Shown: positions 10,966 through 24,290 of the stretch, piece by piece
Position numbering within the stretch: position 1 is the first letter of the stretch
How the letters are laid out: every line of letters begins with the position of its first letter
Source: Camelus dromedarius
Lineage: Eukaryota
Assembly: GCF_036321535.1 (NCBI RefSeq)
Contig: NC_087437.1
Span: forward strand, 76,572,001-76,636,000
Length of the DNA: 64,000 bases
Reading direction: 5' to 3'
Notes under the pieces: model-generated
Database searches by the model: none
What the model was told of the DNA's origin: nothing
The model's input: the letters and a program-made list of their open reading frames with translations, nothing else
Translations under genes and position numbers: made by a program

Positions 10966-13409
10966 TTGCTGAGCCATGTTAACCCCCTGTTTCCATCAAC
11001 GTTCCTCTTCTGATCCACTGTCTCCTATTCTTTCCTTATGAATGTGTAGTGGGTAGACTTTGAGAGGGCTTGCAACTTCTCAGTGGCTTTACAGTTTCCC
11101 AGCGTTCCTGCTTCTTTTCTTTCCTCTATTTTTTCTTTGTGGCTCTGTGAGTCCCCTCCTGAGCATATTCGCTGAAGGCACTTCTCTGCTCCATCCCTGC
11201 TGCTGTGTGTCCTGGTGCTGCTGCTTCTCCACCTCCCATTCCAGCCTTCCATTTTGGGCATTTAGCCTCGTCTGCCTCCTTGTCATCCATTTCCTTTCCT
11301 TGTAGGCTCTGCATTTCCTTTCTTTGTGTTGCCTGTTGTCACACTCTGTTTACAGTCTGCAGACCTCCCTGCCCTCTAACATATGATTTATCTCGCTCCA
11401 GAGGCCTGGGCATTGGATAACTGGTTTCAGGTACTCTGTGGTCCCACTTATTTACTTCTTACCATTCTAAGTAAAACAGAAGCTTGTCTTCTGCTTAGGA
11501 AACTCCATTCTTGAAATAGAAAAAGACCTACCTTATGGCAGCACCTGCCAGAAAGTTATGTTCTTAACCCACGAGACAAACCTTTTATGGTGTTCCCGCA
11601 TTTTCTCATTTTCAAGAATATCTATGGTTGATAGACATCAAATCACACAGAAAATTAATCTGACATGTTTCTAGACCTGCATTTTCCAGTATGTATTCCA
11701 AGAACCATGAGTCCTGTAATATTCTCCTTAAAAATTGTAATTGCAGATAATCTCATACAGTTTTCCTCTCTCATTCACTTCACTCCTGACCTGTGAGCAG
11801 AGACTATGAACATCTTGTTCTGATGAATGTCTAGTACCTAACCCAGATCCTGATGAGTAATGAATATGCAATAAAAACTCATTACATGAAAATTCATAAA
11901 TAAAGAAATGAATAATAATAGCACTGGCTTTTCAGAGAGGCTAAAACTATTTACTAACGTCATACACCTTCGAACTGATGAACCAACTAGGCTTTGAGCC
12001 TTCGTGATCGGTAGTCTAGGGTTCAGTCATGGTCGCTGATTGGCCATCTGGGTGTCTCCCCCATCCTGCTACACACTTCTGTTGAGAAACTTACTAAACA
12101 ACAGGAGAAAAGCTGAGAATAGTCATGGAGCATGAAGGGAACAGTAACAGATAAATTTGTTATTTTTTATATATGAGCAATGAGCAGAACAAATATATTA
12201 TCTGAGAAGTATGTAAAACCTGGACTGGAGAAGGCCATGAATGTCAGAGTAAAAAGTCCAAACTGTATGTGGAAGATAATGAGCATCCTTTGAAGACTTC
12301 AGAACAGGGAAATGGTATTTATAAAACAACTTCTGAATGAAGAATGTGAGGATGGTGTATCAAAGGGAAATGGAAGGGACATATTTCTATTTGATTATGT
12401 GGTTGGTCAAATCACAACCTTCTTGTACATAGTGTTAAAGTGATAAAAGAGGTGAGTCCAGAACCACAGGAGCATGCTCCCTGTTCTAGCCCTGTGGCTA
12501 ACTACCTAACTAAGGCTGTCTCATAACCTCTCTGGGTTTTTCTGGCCACCCTAACAAGCAGCTTGTGTTAGATAATCTCTTAGCTTTGAATTCTAGCACT
12601 GATGAATTCTAGCACTAGACACATAGTACACACTACACAAATACTTACTTGTTAAATGAATTAGTGAAGAAGTGGCTGAATCTATGACTATGACTGTATG
12701 ACATGTTTTCTGCCTTTAGTACTTATAGTTCCTTGTAGAAACTTTGAAATTTCAGAAAAGTACGAAGAAGGAAATAAGAGTTCATATAACCCCATCATCC
12801 TGAGACAACTATGATTAACATTCTCAAGTACCTCTCTTCCATCTCTTTCTTTTCCTTTATTTCTTCCACTTTATTTCTTGTACTCTGCCTTTGTAAAAAA
12901 TGTTTGTTATGAATTTCTTGGGGGTGATTAATATATTCTCTTTGTGAAACATTTGGAAACTCCAAGAAGAAGAAACTCTTTAGAATAATATATATCTATA
13001 TTATTATATATCTATATCTATATCATATATATGTAATCACAGTAACATCTCCCTTTTGCCAGCACCAAGATACTGGGGGTGGTGGGAGCCAGTTACAGAG
13101 CTTTGTGCGTTCCTTGTGGAATCGCCACTGCCCTTCACTCCTGACCACATTCCCCATCACTCTGTTACAGTCTGCCTGAGAGGCCCATTGAAGGAGGCTA
13201 CATTTAAGCATAACAGCCTGCTTTTCCCTAAGATGTCACCAGGCCCTGCATCTCATTTTTCTCAATCACTGCAAGAAGCCCAAGCCTCACAGCCCATCTT
13301 GTATCCCCAAGACCCTTCTTCTCATGTCCTCAGTGAGGCCATGCACGTTCTCTGGTGAGCCCCAGCCTCCCTCTCTACACAGCCCTTCCACTGTATGTTC
13401 TAGACTTGT

Positions 13410-13695
13410 GTGTACAAATCAGGAGAGACTAGGTGTCACTGTGGTAACAAATCAAACACACACACCCCCCACCCCAGAACATCACTGGCCATTACAGAAC
13501 AGAAACTCGTCTCTCACTTAATGTTTATGGTCAACATTGGTTGGCACGGATTCTGCTCTACACAGTCACCCAGAGAAGAAGCTGACAAAGGCTCCAGACC
13601 CCTGGAAGTGAAACCTTGGCAGAGGACGTGTGAGATGGGAGACTTGCACATGGGCTTTTCGCCGCCTCAGCCCAGAAGTGACACGTCATGTAACA
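13410..13695. mobile_element. Old MaLR LTR fragment (MLT1K/L-like)
   Basis: CTAGGTGTCACTGTGGTAACAAA..CTCTACACAGTCACCCAG..CAGCCCAGAAGTGACACGTCA. Confidence 0.5.
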
Positions 13696-13699
13696 TATG

Positions 13700-15340
13700 T
13701 CATTTCTTACATTTCTTTTCTTGCCCTATCTTCAGTCTCTTCTCTTAAATTTCTCAACTTCTTGTTCTAAAAGAATCTGGCTTTTCCTAAGGACACTGCT
13801 TTTTCTGCAGCCCTCAAATTGTTGCTCTTTTTTCTCCTACACCCCATGTACTCCTGGACTTGTAAGCAAGAGACTGTATTCTTTGCTGGCTGTTTCTTCT
13901 TCCAGAATGTGGTTTCCCCCTTGCTTTCCTTGCTTCTCTCCATAAATTTCAGTTCCTTCAAAACACGTGCTGTCTGTCTGGATTCTCTGATTCCCTTCTT
14001 TGTTGCAGCCATCAGTCATCTTTATGGTCATCTTGTCTCCCCCCACCCCAAATACACCTCCATGGAGGATTTTAGCACTTTCTCTGCTTTGGTGACTGTA
14101 TTTTTCTCCTTTGTGGCTTCTGTCATCCGTCTTGGTGACTTCAGTATCCACAAGGATAACTCATTCCACACCCTATCCGTGATCTCTTCTTCCCCAAGTG
14201 TTTTGTCTTTTCCTTACCTCTGACATCTGTTTTTCTTGATTATACTCTAGATCTTTGCCTCCAAAACCTCAGTTTTCAGTATCCCACTCACTGGCCACCA
14301 CTTTCTATTTTTCCATTTCAACCCCTTTTTTATGGGCTGAACTGTGTCCCCCTACAATTCTCACACTGAAGTCCCAATCCCCAGTGCCTAAGAACATGAC
14401 TGTATTTGGAGATAGGTCCACGAAGGTGATTGCAGAAGTGATTAAGTTTAAAGGAGGTCATTAAGGTGGGACCTAATTCAGTAGACTGGAGTCCTTATAA
14501 GAAGAGGAAATTAGGACCTAGACACACCAAGGAAAGTGAGGATACAGGGAGAGAGGATGGCCGTCTGTAAGTCAGAGAGAGAGAGGCCTTCGTAGAAACC
14601 AAGCCTGCCAGCTCCTTGATCCTGGACTGCCAGACTCCAGAATTGCGAGAAAATAAACTTCTGTTGTTTTAGCCCCCGGTCTGTGGTATTTTGTTATGGT
14701 AGCCTGGGTCAACCAATATTGCCCTCTGATAACACCATGTTCTCACATCGTTCTTCAGATTAGGTTTCATGGCCCAGCACCATAATCATGCCCTTCTCTG
14801 CACCTGTGTTTTTTCTGGAGCCTCGTCTCTGTAAGTCCTGCCTGGCAAAACTTCCACCCTGACGAAATCCAGCTTTGCACTTGCGTAAAGCCTGTGGCCA
14901 AGCAGCTGGGCACAGCTACAGGAAAACAATGCTCCTCCGGTACCTGGGGGAGTACCTCACTTTGAACATTTTTCCAATCACACAGTTTCTTCTTCTTGAG
15001 AAGACTGTTTTACAGCATCTTGTTGGTCTTCAGACTTGCACTCCCCTTTACAGTCTCAGCCTAAGATCTGCCTCTTGTTTTAGGGCCAGAATAGTAGTAA
15101 CCAAAAAAGTGCCCCCTGATCTTCCCTCACCAAATGTACGAACCTCGCATACTCGGTTGTCTTACCTGTGAAGACGGCTCGGGGTCACCTGCTCGAGGAA
15201 ATCGCTCCTGCAGTTGTCCCTCTCTCCTGCATCAGCACTCTTCCCTCCTTTCTGCAGAATCATTCCCATCAGCATGTCTGTGTGCCCTCATCCTTCATGA
15301 CAATAGGCTCTGCTGGGCTGTGGTTATAAGCCCTGAAATC
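13700..15340 (+). mobile_element. L2 ORF2 fragment (APE endonuclease region onward) interrupted by an MLT1 LTR
   Basis: ORF 13819-14223 contains RLGDFSIHKDN, similar to the L2/CR1 APE motif ILGDFNIHVD; C/T-rich L2-like sequence resumes after 14720. Confidence 0.65.
14330..14720 (+). mobile_element. MaLR solo LTR (MLT1A/B-like) nested in L2
   Basis: TATGGGCTGAACTGTGTCCCC..TGACTGTATTTGGAGATAGG..CTCCAGAATTGCGAGAAAATAAACTTCTGTTGTTT..GGTCTGTGGTATTTTGTTATGGTAGCC. Confidence 0.88.
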
Positions 15341-16099
15341 CTGATGTGAACAGTGATGTATTTCTTGCTTACACAGTATCATACGGCTGCTGGATAACTT
15401 TGTGGCAGCTGTTCCCCACGAGGGTGACACGGGGATTCTGGTTCCTTCAGCTTGTGAGGTCACCGTCGCCACATGTGGCCCTAGGGCCCTAGGCCCAGGA
15501 AAGGAGAGGGCAGGTGGCGCACGCAGAGCTGGGAAAAGAAGCTTTGAAGAATAGCATTCAAATTTTTTTTCTGTGAAAAGTTGCTTTAGAGATAAACATG
15601 TTAAAATCCAAGGTTTTTAAATTTTTACTATCCACGATGTGGGATTTCCCCTACCACTGATAAAGAAAATTAGCTTGATGATCTCCTTTGCATGCTGTGG
15701 ACATATTAATGGAATTTTGTCTTTCATTGTGTGTATCTGTGTGTGTGTGCTCTCCATAGAATCTATAGCAGTATGCTCATCTTACACTTGGGAGAGCAAA
15801 GGTGATTTCATCAGTAAATATGCAATTGAGAGGGAGGGTTGTTCATATGGGTTATATTTTCTTTTCAAACTCTGGCATAAAAATCCTCTGAATTCCTATA
15901 TGAAAGGAAGCTATTAGCTGTCTGTGTTGTCAGGGTGAGGACACTGTATTTATTTATGTTGGTGCATACCTGCTTGGGGTTATTAATAGGCATTCATGTC
16001 ACTCCAACCTAATCTTTGGTTTTAGGAATCCAGCTGCATATTTATAAACAGATCCTGCGAAACTGACAGAACTAACAAAGAAGAATATGGTAGGTATAT

Positions 16100-16592
16100 G
16101 GTTTCCTTTTGTTATATAAACCACTGCAAAACTTAGTGGCTTAAGACACTTAAGTCTATTTTGTACATGATTCTGTAGGTCTGTTTGTTCTTCTGGTCTC
16201 ACTGGTCTTAGTCATGTGTCTGCAATCAGTTGTCCCTCAGTGAGGCAGCTCTGCTTCTAAGGGTTGGGTGGCTGCAGACTGGGTGACAGTGGAGATGACT
16301 AAGACAAATGTCTCTCATTTTCCTGCAGGACAGCCCAGGTGTGTTCACATGGAAGGTGGGCAGGACCCCAAGACAGAGAGTGGAAGAGTGTAGAGTGCTT
16401 GAACCCAAGGCATGGAACTGGTAGGCTCTCAGTTCTGCCACATTCTGTTGGCCAGACAAGGCACAATGTCAAGCCGTGGTCAAGGAGTGAGGGAATAGAT
16501 TCAAACTCTGTGGCAAGAGCTGCACAGTCAGTTGCAATCAGATATAGGAAAAGGGAAAGAAATGATTTATGGCCACTTAGTAATCTACCACC
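16100..16592 (-). mobile_element. Old MaLR LTR (MLT1 family)
   Basis: AACCACTGCAAAACTTAGTGGCTTAAGACA..TTCTGCCACATTCTGTTGGCCAGACAAG..GTAATCTACCAC. Confidence 0.7.
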
Positions 16593-17089
16593 TAGGACAG
16601 GCACTTGAGAAGCGCAGCCTGAGCTCTCGGAAATTGGTTCCTTCATCAGTACTAACTTGGGAGGAAAACAAGAGTCAGAAATAAGTTTTTGAAAACAAGC
16701 CTTCCAAAATATTTCTCTGTTGCTTGCGCAGCTTTGCTGTCACTATTAAATACAGAGCTTTAAGAAAGTAGCCATTCTTTTAAAACTAAAAGCTTCAATT
16801 TTTGAGCTCATTTATTTTCCTGTGGAAAGAGTTTTTCTGAAAGAGGAAGTGTGTTGATTGCATTGAGTAGGGCCAGCATCTTGTCCCCATGGTAACAGCA
16901 TCTTGAATTCTCCAAGTGTTCACCACCTGGCGTTTTGAGGCCCAACAGCCATACAGAACCACGTTATATAACATGAGGAAAGAATCTACACACACTGCAC
17001 GGACAAGGACAGTGGGCCCACAGGTGCAATTTGGTATCAGATGAGAATTATCGCCTATGGCATGATCGGAATATGCTAAATTGGTGAAA

Positions 17090-17130
17090 ATAATAATAAT
17101 AATAATATAATAATGATGATGATGATGATG
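17090..17130. repeat. (AAT)n(GAT)n microsatellite
   Basis: Read directly. Confidence 0.85.
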
Positions 17131-18509
17131 TAATCTTTCTTGTAGGAGATACTTGGATAACTCTGCTATCTTAGAAAAGCACTCCTTCCAACAACATGGG
17201 AACAGACTGCTTTAATGCTGCTAATTGCACTCTAGGCATCAGGTTTCTTTGCACACATGCAGATACACAGGCACACACATACCCACATACGTACACATAA
17301 TGACTGAGCTCTGAATTTAAACAAAAGTGATAGCAACTGTAACGAGCCTGTTATTAGTTACTGGAATATTTGAAATGATGGCTCTTGTCCTGGCTTACTA
17401 TGTCCTTTTATAGAAGATGTTTAAGGAATATAATGTCCAAGTCATAAGGTATTTGTGTGGGTGGTTGATTCTCCATGGAAATTGTTCACGCTCTTGGTCC
17501 CTTGTCTCAGTAGGTGTCACTAGGGCTTTTAAAGATTAGAATTTAGATTCAAATCAAGCTACATCTCTGTGCGGTGATTTTGGGTATATAAATGATAGAT
17601 TTAATATCTGTTGGTATCTATGACTTTTGTTAAGCTTCATAGGAACCATGAAAGAACAGATCTCTGCTTGCCATGGTAACTGAATGGCTGCTGTTGCTAC
17701 TGAAACTGTAAAGCAATTTTCTATTGTAAAACCTGTGATAATAGAATTCAAGAAAGGTGGCTTCCTAGGGTGATTGAGGAGGGGATGTGTGGGGGATGTT
17801 TTTGAATGAGTCACTGGGCAGGATTGGAGGCATTCTTCAGATTAGAGACAGGAACCATGGGTTGCTTGGGAAGGCAGGCATGAGCTTTGAACTGAGAAGA
17901 ACAGGTCTTCCTGGACCCTGGGAGGGATCTGGCACGAGGCAGAGAAGTTCCTGGGATGACGTCATTCACCTGAAGGGGATACAGAAAGTCTGGAGCCTAG
18001 GTCCTGATACTAACCACAATGGTAGGTGGAGACTCGCCTCTCATTGGCTGCTGTAATGATTAAAGAAGTCCATGGAGGCAACATGTTTTAAAAACTGTAA
18101 AGCAATGTACAAAGCTCTTTCCTCTTCATTGTGGGCTCCACAGAGGCAGGAGTAAGGTAGAGGGTAGGCGGAGTGTTAAAAGAAGAAAACGCTGTTAACT
18201 GTGCACCTCCCTCCCTAAGCTGCAGAAAAGCCAGGGCTTGGAGATAATTGGTCTGAAGAAGGGGATGTTGAGTGGAAGAAAGAAACAGGGGCATCTCTGT
18301 ACCTTCTCAATATACCGCTCAGATCAGTTGGCAACTGGACGTTGGCTCTCTTAGGAGAGGGAATTTATGCTCAGGAAAGATTTCCCTTGTACTTGGGTTA
18401 TTTGGGATTCCTTGGGTTCTCATTTATAATCCATTCTGCATGACCTTATGTGAGTTTCTATCTTCCGTATGCCATTTACTCCTCACAATCACTCTAAGAT
18501 AACATATCT

Positions 18510-18812
18510 GTGGGTCACTCATCTCATATCCAAAATTCCAAAATCCAGAAAGCTCTAAATTGGAAAGTTTTATAATTTTGGTAACAACACCTGACTTGAA
18601 ATGCCATTAAACTATTAATAAACTTTATTTTTCTCATTTAGTAGATTATGGTACTTCATTTCTCTGAAAGAATATCAGTATGTTTGCTTACCAATTGCTG
18701 TCCCAGACATTATTGTTATTATATAAAATTCAGTATGTGCACTACTTACATAATAAAATAATTCTGAAATCTAGCTCCAAGGATATCAGGTAAAAGACTG
18801 TGAGCATGTATT
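18510..18812. mobile_element. MER46C/Tigger4-like DNA transposon remnant
   Basis: TCCAAAATTCCAAAATCCAGAAAGCTCTAAA...TTCTGAAATC..CCAAGGATATCAGGTAAAAGACTGTG..CATGTA. Confidence 0.55.
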
Positions 18813-19562
18813 ATCTCAGGATTAAAGATTGAAACAGGTTCAGTGAGGTTAAGTGCCTGGCTTAAGGTCACATAACCAGGAAACTGACCCTATTTCAACT
18901 CAGGTACATTGGAATGGTGGTTTCTTTTTCCACGGAACTGTAACCAGTTTCAATGAATTCTTTGTTTTTGAATCAGGGGATTTTGATGCACCACTTTTCA
19001 AAGCATAATGAAAGATGTCTTTGAGAGCTGCAGCCATGGGCAAGCACTCATCATCAATCCATCACTCGCTCTGTAAAGACGAAGAAACTTTCCATTGTTC
19101 TTTTAGTTTGCAGAAGACTGTTCATTCTGTACACCTTTCTCTTTAGCATTAGTCCCTGGATGACATACTGGCTTCCTGTCATCTCAAGCTGATGTCTTCT
19201 TAGCAACCCAAATAAAACATGATGAGGACAAAACAAGTTCCAGATACAATCCCTGGGCCCTCAATATGTGAAATCTGAACCTTGTAATCATTGTCACTCT
19301 TTCTAAACCTTGGTTCTTCACCTCAGTCTGTTTCTACATTCTTTTATTTTTCATTTTACACATGCTGCAAAAGAATGTTGTCTGATGCCATCACCACTTT
19401 TTAAGTGCTTGCCTTTAAAGGGCTGATTTTTTCTTTTCTCCCAGTCATGTGCCTCTCTTGGTAGATCAGGTGATTTAGATGATTTACTGGTACATAGTCA
19501 GGATTCCATGATTATGGTTTTATTTATTTTAGAAGTGGTAAAGAGTGCAAGGCAGAACTCAT

Positions 19563-19938
19563 CTGTTTTGGTCAGCTTGGACTGCCATGCAAAATATCAT
19601 AGACTTGGTGGTTCAAACAACAGACATTTCTCACAGTTCTGGGCTGCCAGGAAGACCAGGTGCTAGCAGATTTGATTCTTGGTGAGGATTTTCTTCCTGA
19701 TTTGCATTAGTCCCATGAGGATGGAACATTCTCACTGTGCTCATGTGGTGGAGAGAGAGCTCTGGTCTCTCTCTTCTTCTTCTTCTTATAAGGTCACTAA
19801 TCCTGTCATGAGGGCCCCACCCCCATGACCTCATCTAAACCTAATTATACCTCCAAAGGCCCCACCTCCAAATACCATTACACTGGGGCTTATGGCTTCA
19901 AAGTAAGAATTTGGAGGGACACAGTTCAGTTCATAAAT
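19563..19938 (-). mobile_element. MaLR solo LTR (MLT1A/MST-like)
   Basis: AAACAACAGACATTTCTCACAGTTCTGG..CTTATAAGGTCACTAATCC..CCCCATGACCTCATCTAAACCTAATTA..GAATTTGGAGGGACACA. Confidence 0.88.
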
Positions 19939-22900
19939 CATGAATCAGAATTCATAAATCAGTTCACAATTCAGTTCAAAAAATCATCTATTTACTACAA
20001 TCACATTCTTTTAATATTAAAAGATTCTATGTAGATATGTACGTAACAATGGATTGGTAATCAAAAAGTTAGGTTCTGGTTCTTGCTTTGCTATTGGGGG
20101 GAAAAAACTTTAATCTTTGGATTTCTATTTCATTATATATTAAAGAAAGAGGTGAAGCTAAATCATCCCCATATAATACCCCAGTTTAAATAATTCTGCC
20201 AAGAATCTTAACACTGTATTAAATGTATAACAGAACAACACAGAAGTAATTATATCTCTAAAGTATATTACAAAGACTTTTTTGTAACTTCACTTTTTCT
20301 TACTGTTGGTGATTTGTCCATCTTTTCTGAGTTTGCTATGTTACACATTTTCCTAGTATCACAGATTTTGGAGTCATGTTGTCAGCTTCTGCTCAATGGA
20401 TATTTCTAGCACAGATAATAATTGCCTTTTTATCTCTTTTTTAGCTTTTTTATGCTCTCATTTTCTTATTGCTCCCTTTTAAGGTAGCTTTGACTTTGCT
20501 CTTTTAGGGGAGAATTGATAGCAATAGTACAGTGGTTATAAGAGGTTAGAAACAACTGAGGTGAAAATCCTATTTTTTCAGAATATGATTTCTTTACAAT
20601 TTGTAGTTTCAAAATTAAACACCGACATGGTCTCTTTTCTAAAATTAAAAAAAAGTATAAAATCCTCAGTGCATATGCTTTAAAAATTATTTTATAGTGG
20701 GCAAAAATCATGTAAGATATTTTAAAATTCTTTTGCTAAAGAGACTGTTCTAGAGTAGCCCTGAATATGTCATTTCAAAATGTATGAAGAAATAAAACTG
20801 TCACCTATTTGGATTGGGTGTGACTTTGCCCTTTGTCTTTTCCATCACACTAGCCTGCAGCCTTTTGCTTTAACTTGGCCCATTTTTCAAAGATGTGATT
20901 GTGTGGGTTTCAGGGGGCTGCCAGCTCTCCTTTCCCCAGGTACTCTGAGTCAACTCCAGGCTCCAGACACTTCTGACAGAGGCAAGTCCCAGAGTCGATA
21001 ACTCTGAGAAGGCTGCTGATCCTGGGACAGATGACAAGATGTGTTGAGCTTTGGGACAGACACGGCAGGATGTTACTATTAAAAGGTAGCCCTGCTGCTG
21101 AAGAAGAGGACAGAGCAGATGTGAAGGCACGATTCAGGCGACCGCTTGAGCATCGCAGAGATACAGGATGTTACGGAGGAGGGAGGAGAGTAAGTTGGCA
21201 TTTGGCCTGTGCAGCGGTGAGACCTGAGTGTGGGCGGTGGAAACTGCGGCTTTCAAAGATTTCTGACCTTCTGCCTGCCAACTTGAAATTAGATTTCCTG
21301 GTGGAGGGGGAGGAGGAGGAAACGGGTGAAAAAGGCAGATGCCAGGAGAGATTATTGACCTGGCAACCAGACAAAAGGTTGCCCGAGGAGAGAGGGGCAG
21401 AGTGGTGTAGCTCACAGGTCCGACCCAGCGGGCTGAGTGCCAGGGTTTCAGCTGCTAGAGCACAGCCTGGGGTGGCCTCTTCTGTTGATATGAGGAAATA
21501 GTCTGCTGAGAAATAAAATAAAAGAAGTAAAATTTAATATCTTTGGATAGATTTTAAGATTGGCATTTGGAAGTGTATTCAGCTGCCTTTTTCCTATCTC
21601 CTATCTTTTTTTGTTGTTTGTTTTTTTAATTCCCGGTAATACTATTACCGCATTTCCAATTCCAAGACCGAAGTGGTGTTATTCGACTACCTGCTTCCCT
21701 TTCCCCAGCAGTGAATACTAAGTGGCTTTTGCAAATGTTGACCCAGAACAATATCGTTTTCTGAGAGACAGGACTCACCGATTCCATTGAAATACAGTTT
21801 TGTTGCCATATAAATCAGGAAACTTTCACATGTAGCTCTGTGTCTCCCAGGTGTTGCTCTCACTGAGCATGTTCCACTGTCCTGTACCACCATGTGCCAC
21901 TAGATGCCGCTGTCACTCGTGCATTTGGGTGACAGACTGCTAGCAGTCAATCTGCTCTTTTGTGCAGGGGGAAAAAATCTTCAGATGGGGCGGATAATGC
22001 TGTCTATGCAGATTTCAGTATAAAGATATCTTTATTTGGCATTTTCATTGAAAAACAGACACTCTGTATGTTGTGTTATTTGGTTGCTATTTCCCTTTCT
22101 GTTTTCGAAAGGGAAAAACTGAATTAAATGCATTTCTTCCCACCAGTGTGCCTTCACCTCCATCCTAATTCTTAATTCTCCCTTAAAATATAGTTTTCAG
22201 CTTTGTAATATGAGGACTGTTAGCAGATTTGGAAAATCACTGTTCTATGTGTATTCAGAATCTATATATGGACTAAAAGTGTTTCTATTCTAATCTCTTC
22301 CAAATCTTAAGAGAACTTCAAAATGAAGTATCTAACTTGCTTAGGGAAAAAGGATGTAACACTCAACTAGGAAAAGAATCCTGTGAGAGCACAGCAAATC
22401 AGAATAAAGGGTTCAGTCCTCATGACCTCTCTCGGATATGCCCTTGAACCCAGGGGGCATGTTGCCATTACTTTCAAGTTGTTTGAGAGGTGGAATTAGA
22501 CACGCAAATCATTTTTTTCCTTCTAACCTTCTTTTCCTTGTATTAAATATTGGATACAGGTAGATATTTTGAGATGTGGTCTCTGGCTAATATATACCAA
22601 GCATCATTTAAACATGAAATTAAATAAGATATCCAAATAATAATGCCTTTATAAAGTTGCTTTTTGAAAGTAGATTATTATAGCATGTTAAGTGAACATG
22701 TCCCAACATAGTTTCATGATAACAAATGATAGCCAGCAGTAAGTAATAACAAGATAATATTAAAATACGAAAACTGGCAAAACATATCTTTAAAGGCAAA
22801 TTAAGGCCAAGGTTGGGTTGGTGATACAGAAATAAATCAACCTGTTTTCCTTTGAACTTCACTTCTTACCATTTAATACTGTCTCTTTAACTATTGGCTG

Positions 22901-23284
22901 CCACCAACAGTCACTAAACCAAACAACCTCCAAAATAGTACTGTCTGGTTTCGCTTTAGTTGTGATGCCACAGTATTTACAGGTTATTCTGCATTTTAAT
23001 TTCATCCCCTAGAGCTAACTCTCAGTGTGAGCCGAATGCCAGCTCACTCTGCGTTGGGATAGTAGTCCCTGAGAACCACTCTGATACCACTTCAAGAATA
23101 TTTGGGTTTTGATTCTCTGTCCTCTGCTCTCTTCTCCTCCGCTGTCCCCATTTGTTCTCTTCCCTCTCCCCTTCCTGCACTTCTCTTTTCTATTCCTTTC
23201 TTACCACTCCTGTGTTCACTTTGATTTCCATATGTGTGACACTTCGACTTATTTTTAAATTGTGTTAGAGAAAGGATTCTGGCC

Positions 23285-23725
23285 CTGTCACAGTTTCCTA
23301 TGGCTTCCATAACAAATTACCACAGACTTTCTGGCTTAAAAAAACATGCGTTTATTCTTATATAGTTCTGGAGATCGGAAGACTGAAACCAATATCCTGG
23401 GCTGAAATTAAGGTTCTTAACTTCAGGGCTGGGCTCCCTCCGGAGGCTTTTGCAGAATTCATTTTCTTGCCTTTTCCTGTTTTCAGAGCTTCATTCTTTG
23501 CTTTCTTTGGCTTGAGGGCTCCTCTCTTCAAAGTCACCAGTGTAGCATCTTCACATCTCTCTCCGCTGAGATTATGGCAGTGTCTCCTCTCTCTGTGTCA
23601 CATCTCCCTCTGCCTCTCTAGGGACAATTCTGATCCCACTTAGAGCCCATCCCGATAGCCCAGCTTAGTCTCCCCACCTCAGATCCTTACATCTACAGAG
23701 TTCTTTTTGCCATATAAGGTAACAT
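23285..23725 (-). mobile_element. MaLR solo LTR (MLT1C/D-like)
   Basis: ATAACAAATTACCACAGAC..TTTATTCTTATATAGTTCTGGAG..CTCAGATCCTTACATCTACAGAG..GCCATATAAGGTAACA..GGGACCATTATTCAG. Confidence 0.85.
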
Positions 23726-23769
23726 TAGAGGTTCCAGGTATTAGGACCTGTGTATCTTAAGGGACCATT

Positions 23770-23910
23770 ATTCAGTCAGCCACAGTTTGTCAGCTGTCTT
23801 TGGGCAATTTACTTAGTCCCTCTAGATTTCAGTTTCCTTGCCTAATAGTGTTACTGTGAGCACTTAATAAGTGCTTAGCATGGAGTCTGGCAAAGAGTTA
23901 AGTCCACTTT
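23770..23910 (+). mobile_element. MIR SINE fragment
   Basis: TTGGGCAATTTACTTAGTCCCTCTAGATTTCAGTTTCC..AAGTGCTTAGCATGGAGTCTGGCA. Confidence 0.6.
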
Positions 23911-24009
23911 AAATTAAAAGAATTAAGTGCTAATACTGTTCCTAGTATCAAGTATAATTGTCTTAAAGATTATCTAATTCTTCATCTCTTATTCACCTTT
24001 ATACTACTT

Positions 24010-24290
24010 CATTTTAGCTTTGTCTTCACTGCTCTACTAAAACATTTATTTCAAGGTCACCAGCCTCCTGTAGCTGGTCAAATTCAAAGACCAGTTCTTG
24101 GGCTTCACGTTAGCAGCATTTAACATGGTCAGCCACTCACTTTGCTTAGAAACACTCTCCTTTCTTGGTTTCTGCAGTATCGCATTTTCTGGTTTTCTTC
24201 ATTTCTCACTGAGTATTTCTCTTTTCTTTCCTTTGCCAGCTTCTCCTTCTTTAACTCACCACAAAATCTGTCTTGAGTGCTCTTCACTTA
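24010..24290 (+). mobile_element. L2 RT-region fragment
   Basis: CTCTACTAAAAC..CAAGGTCACCAG..CAGCATTTAACATGGTCAGCCACTC..GAAACACTCTCCTTTCTTGGTTTC. Confidence 0.65.

Noticed and set aside
21031..21501. 156-aa + strand ORF
   Set aside because: No homology recognised; G-rich composition suppresses stops and overlapping ORFs occur on both strands
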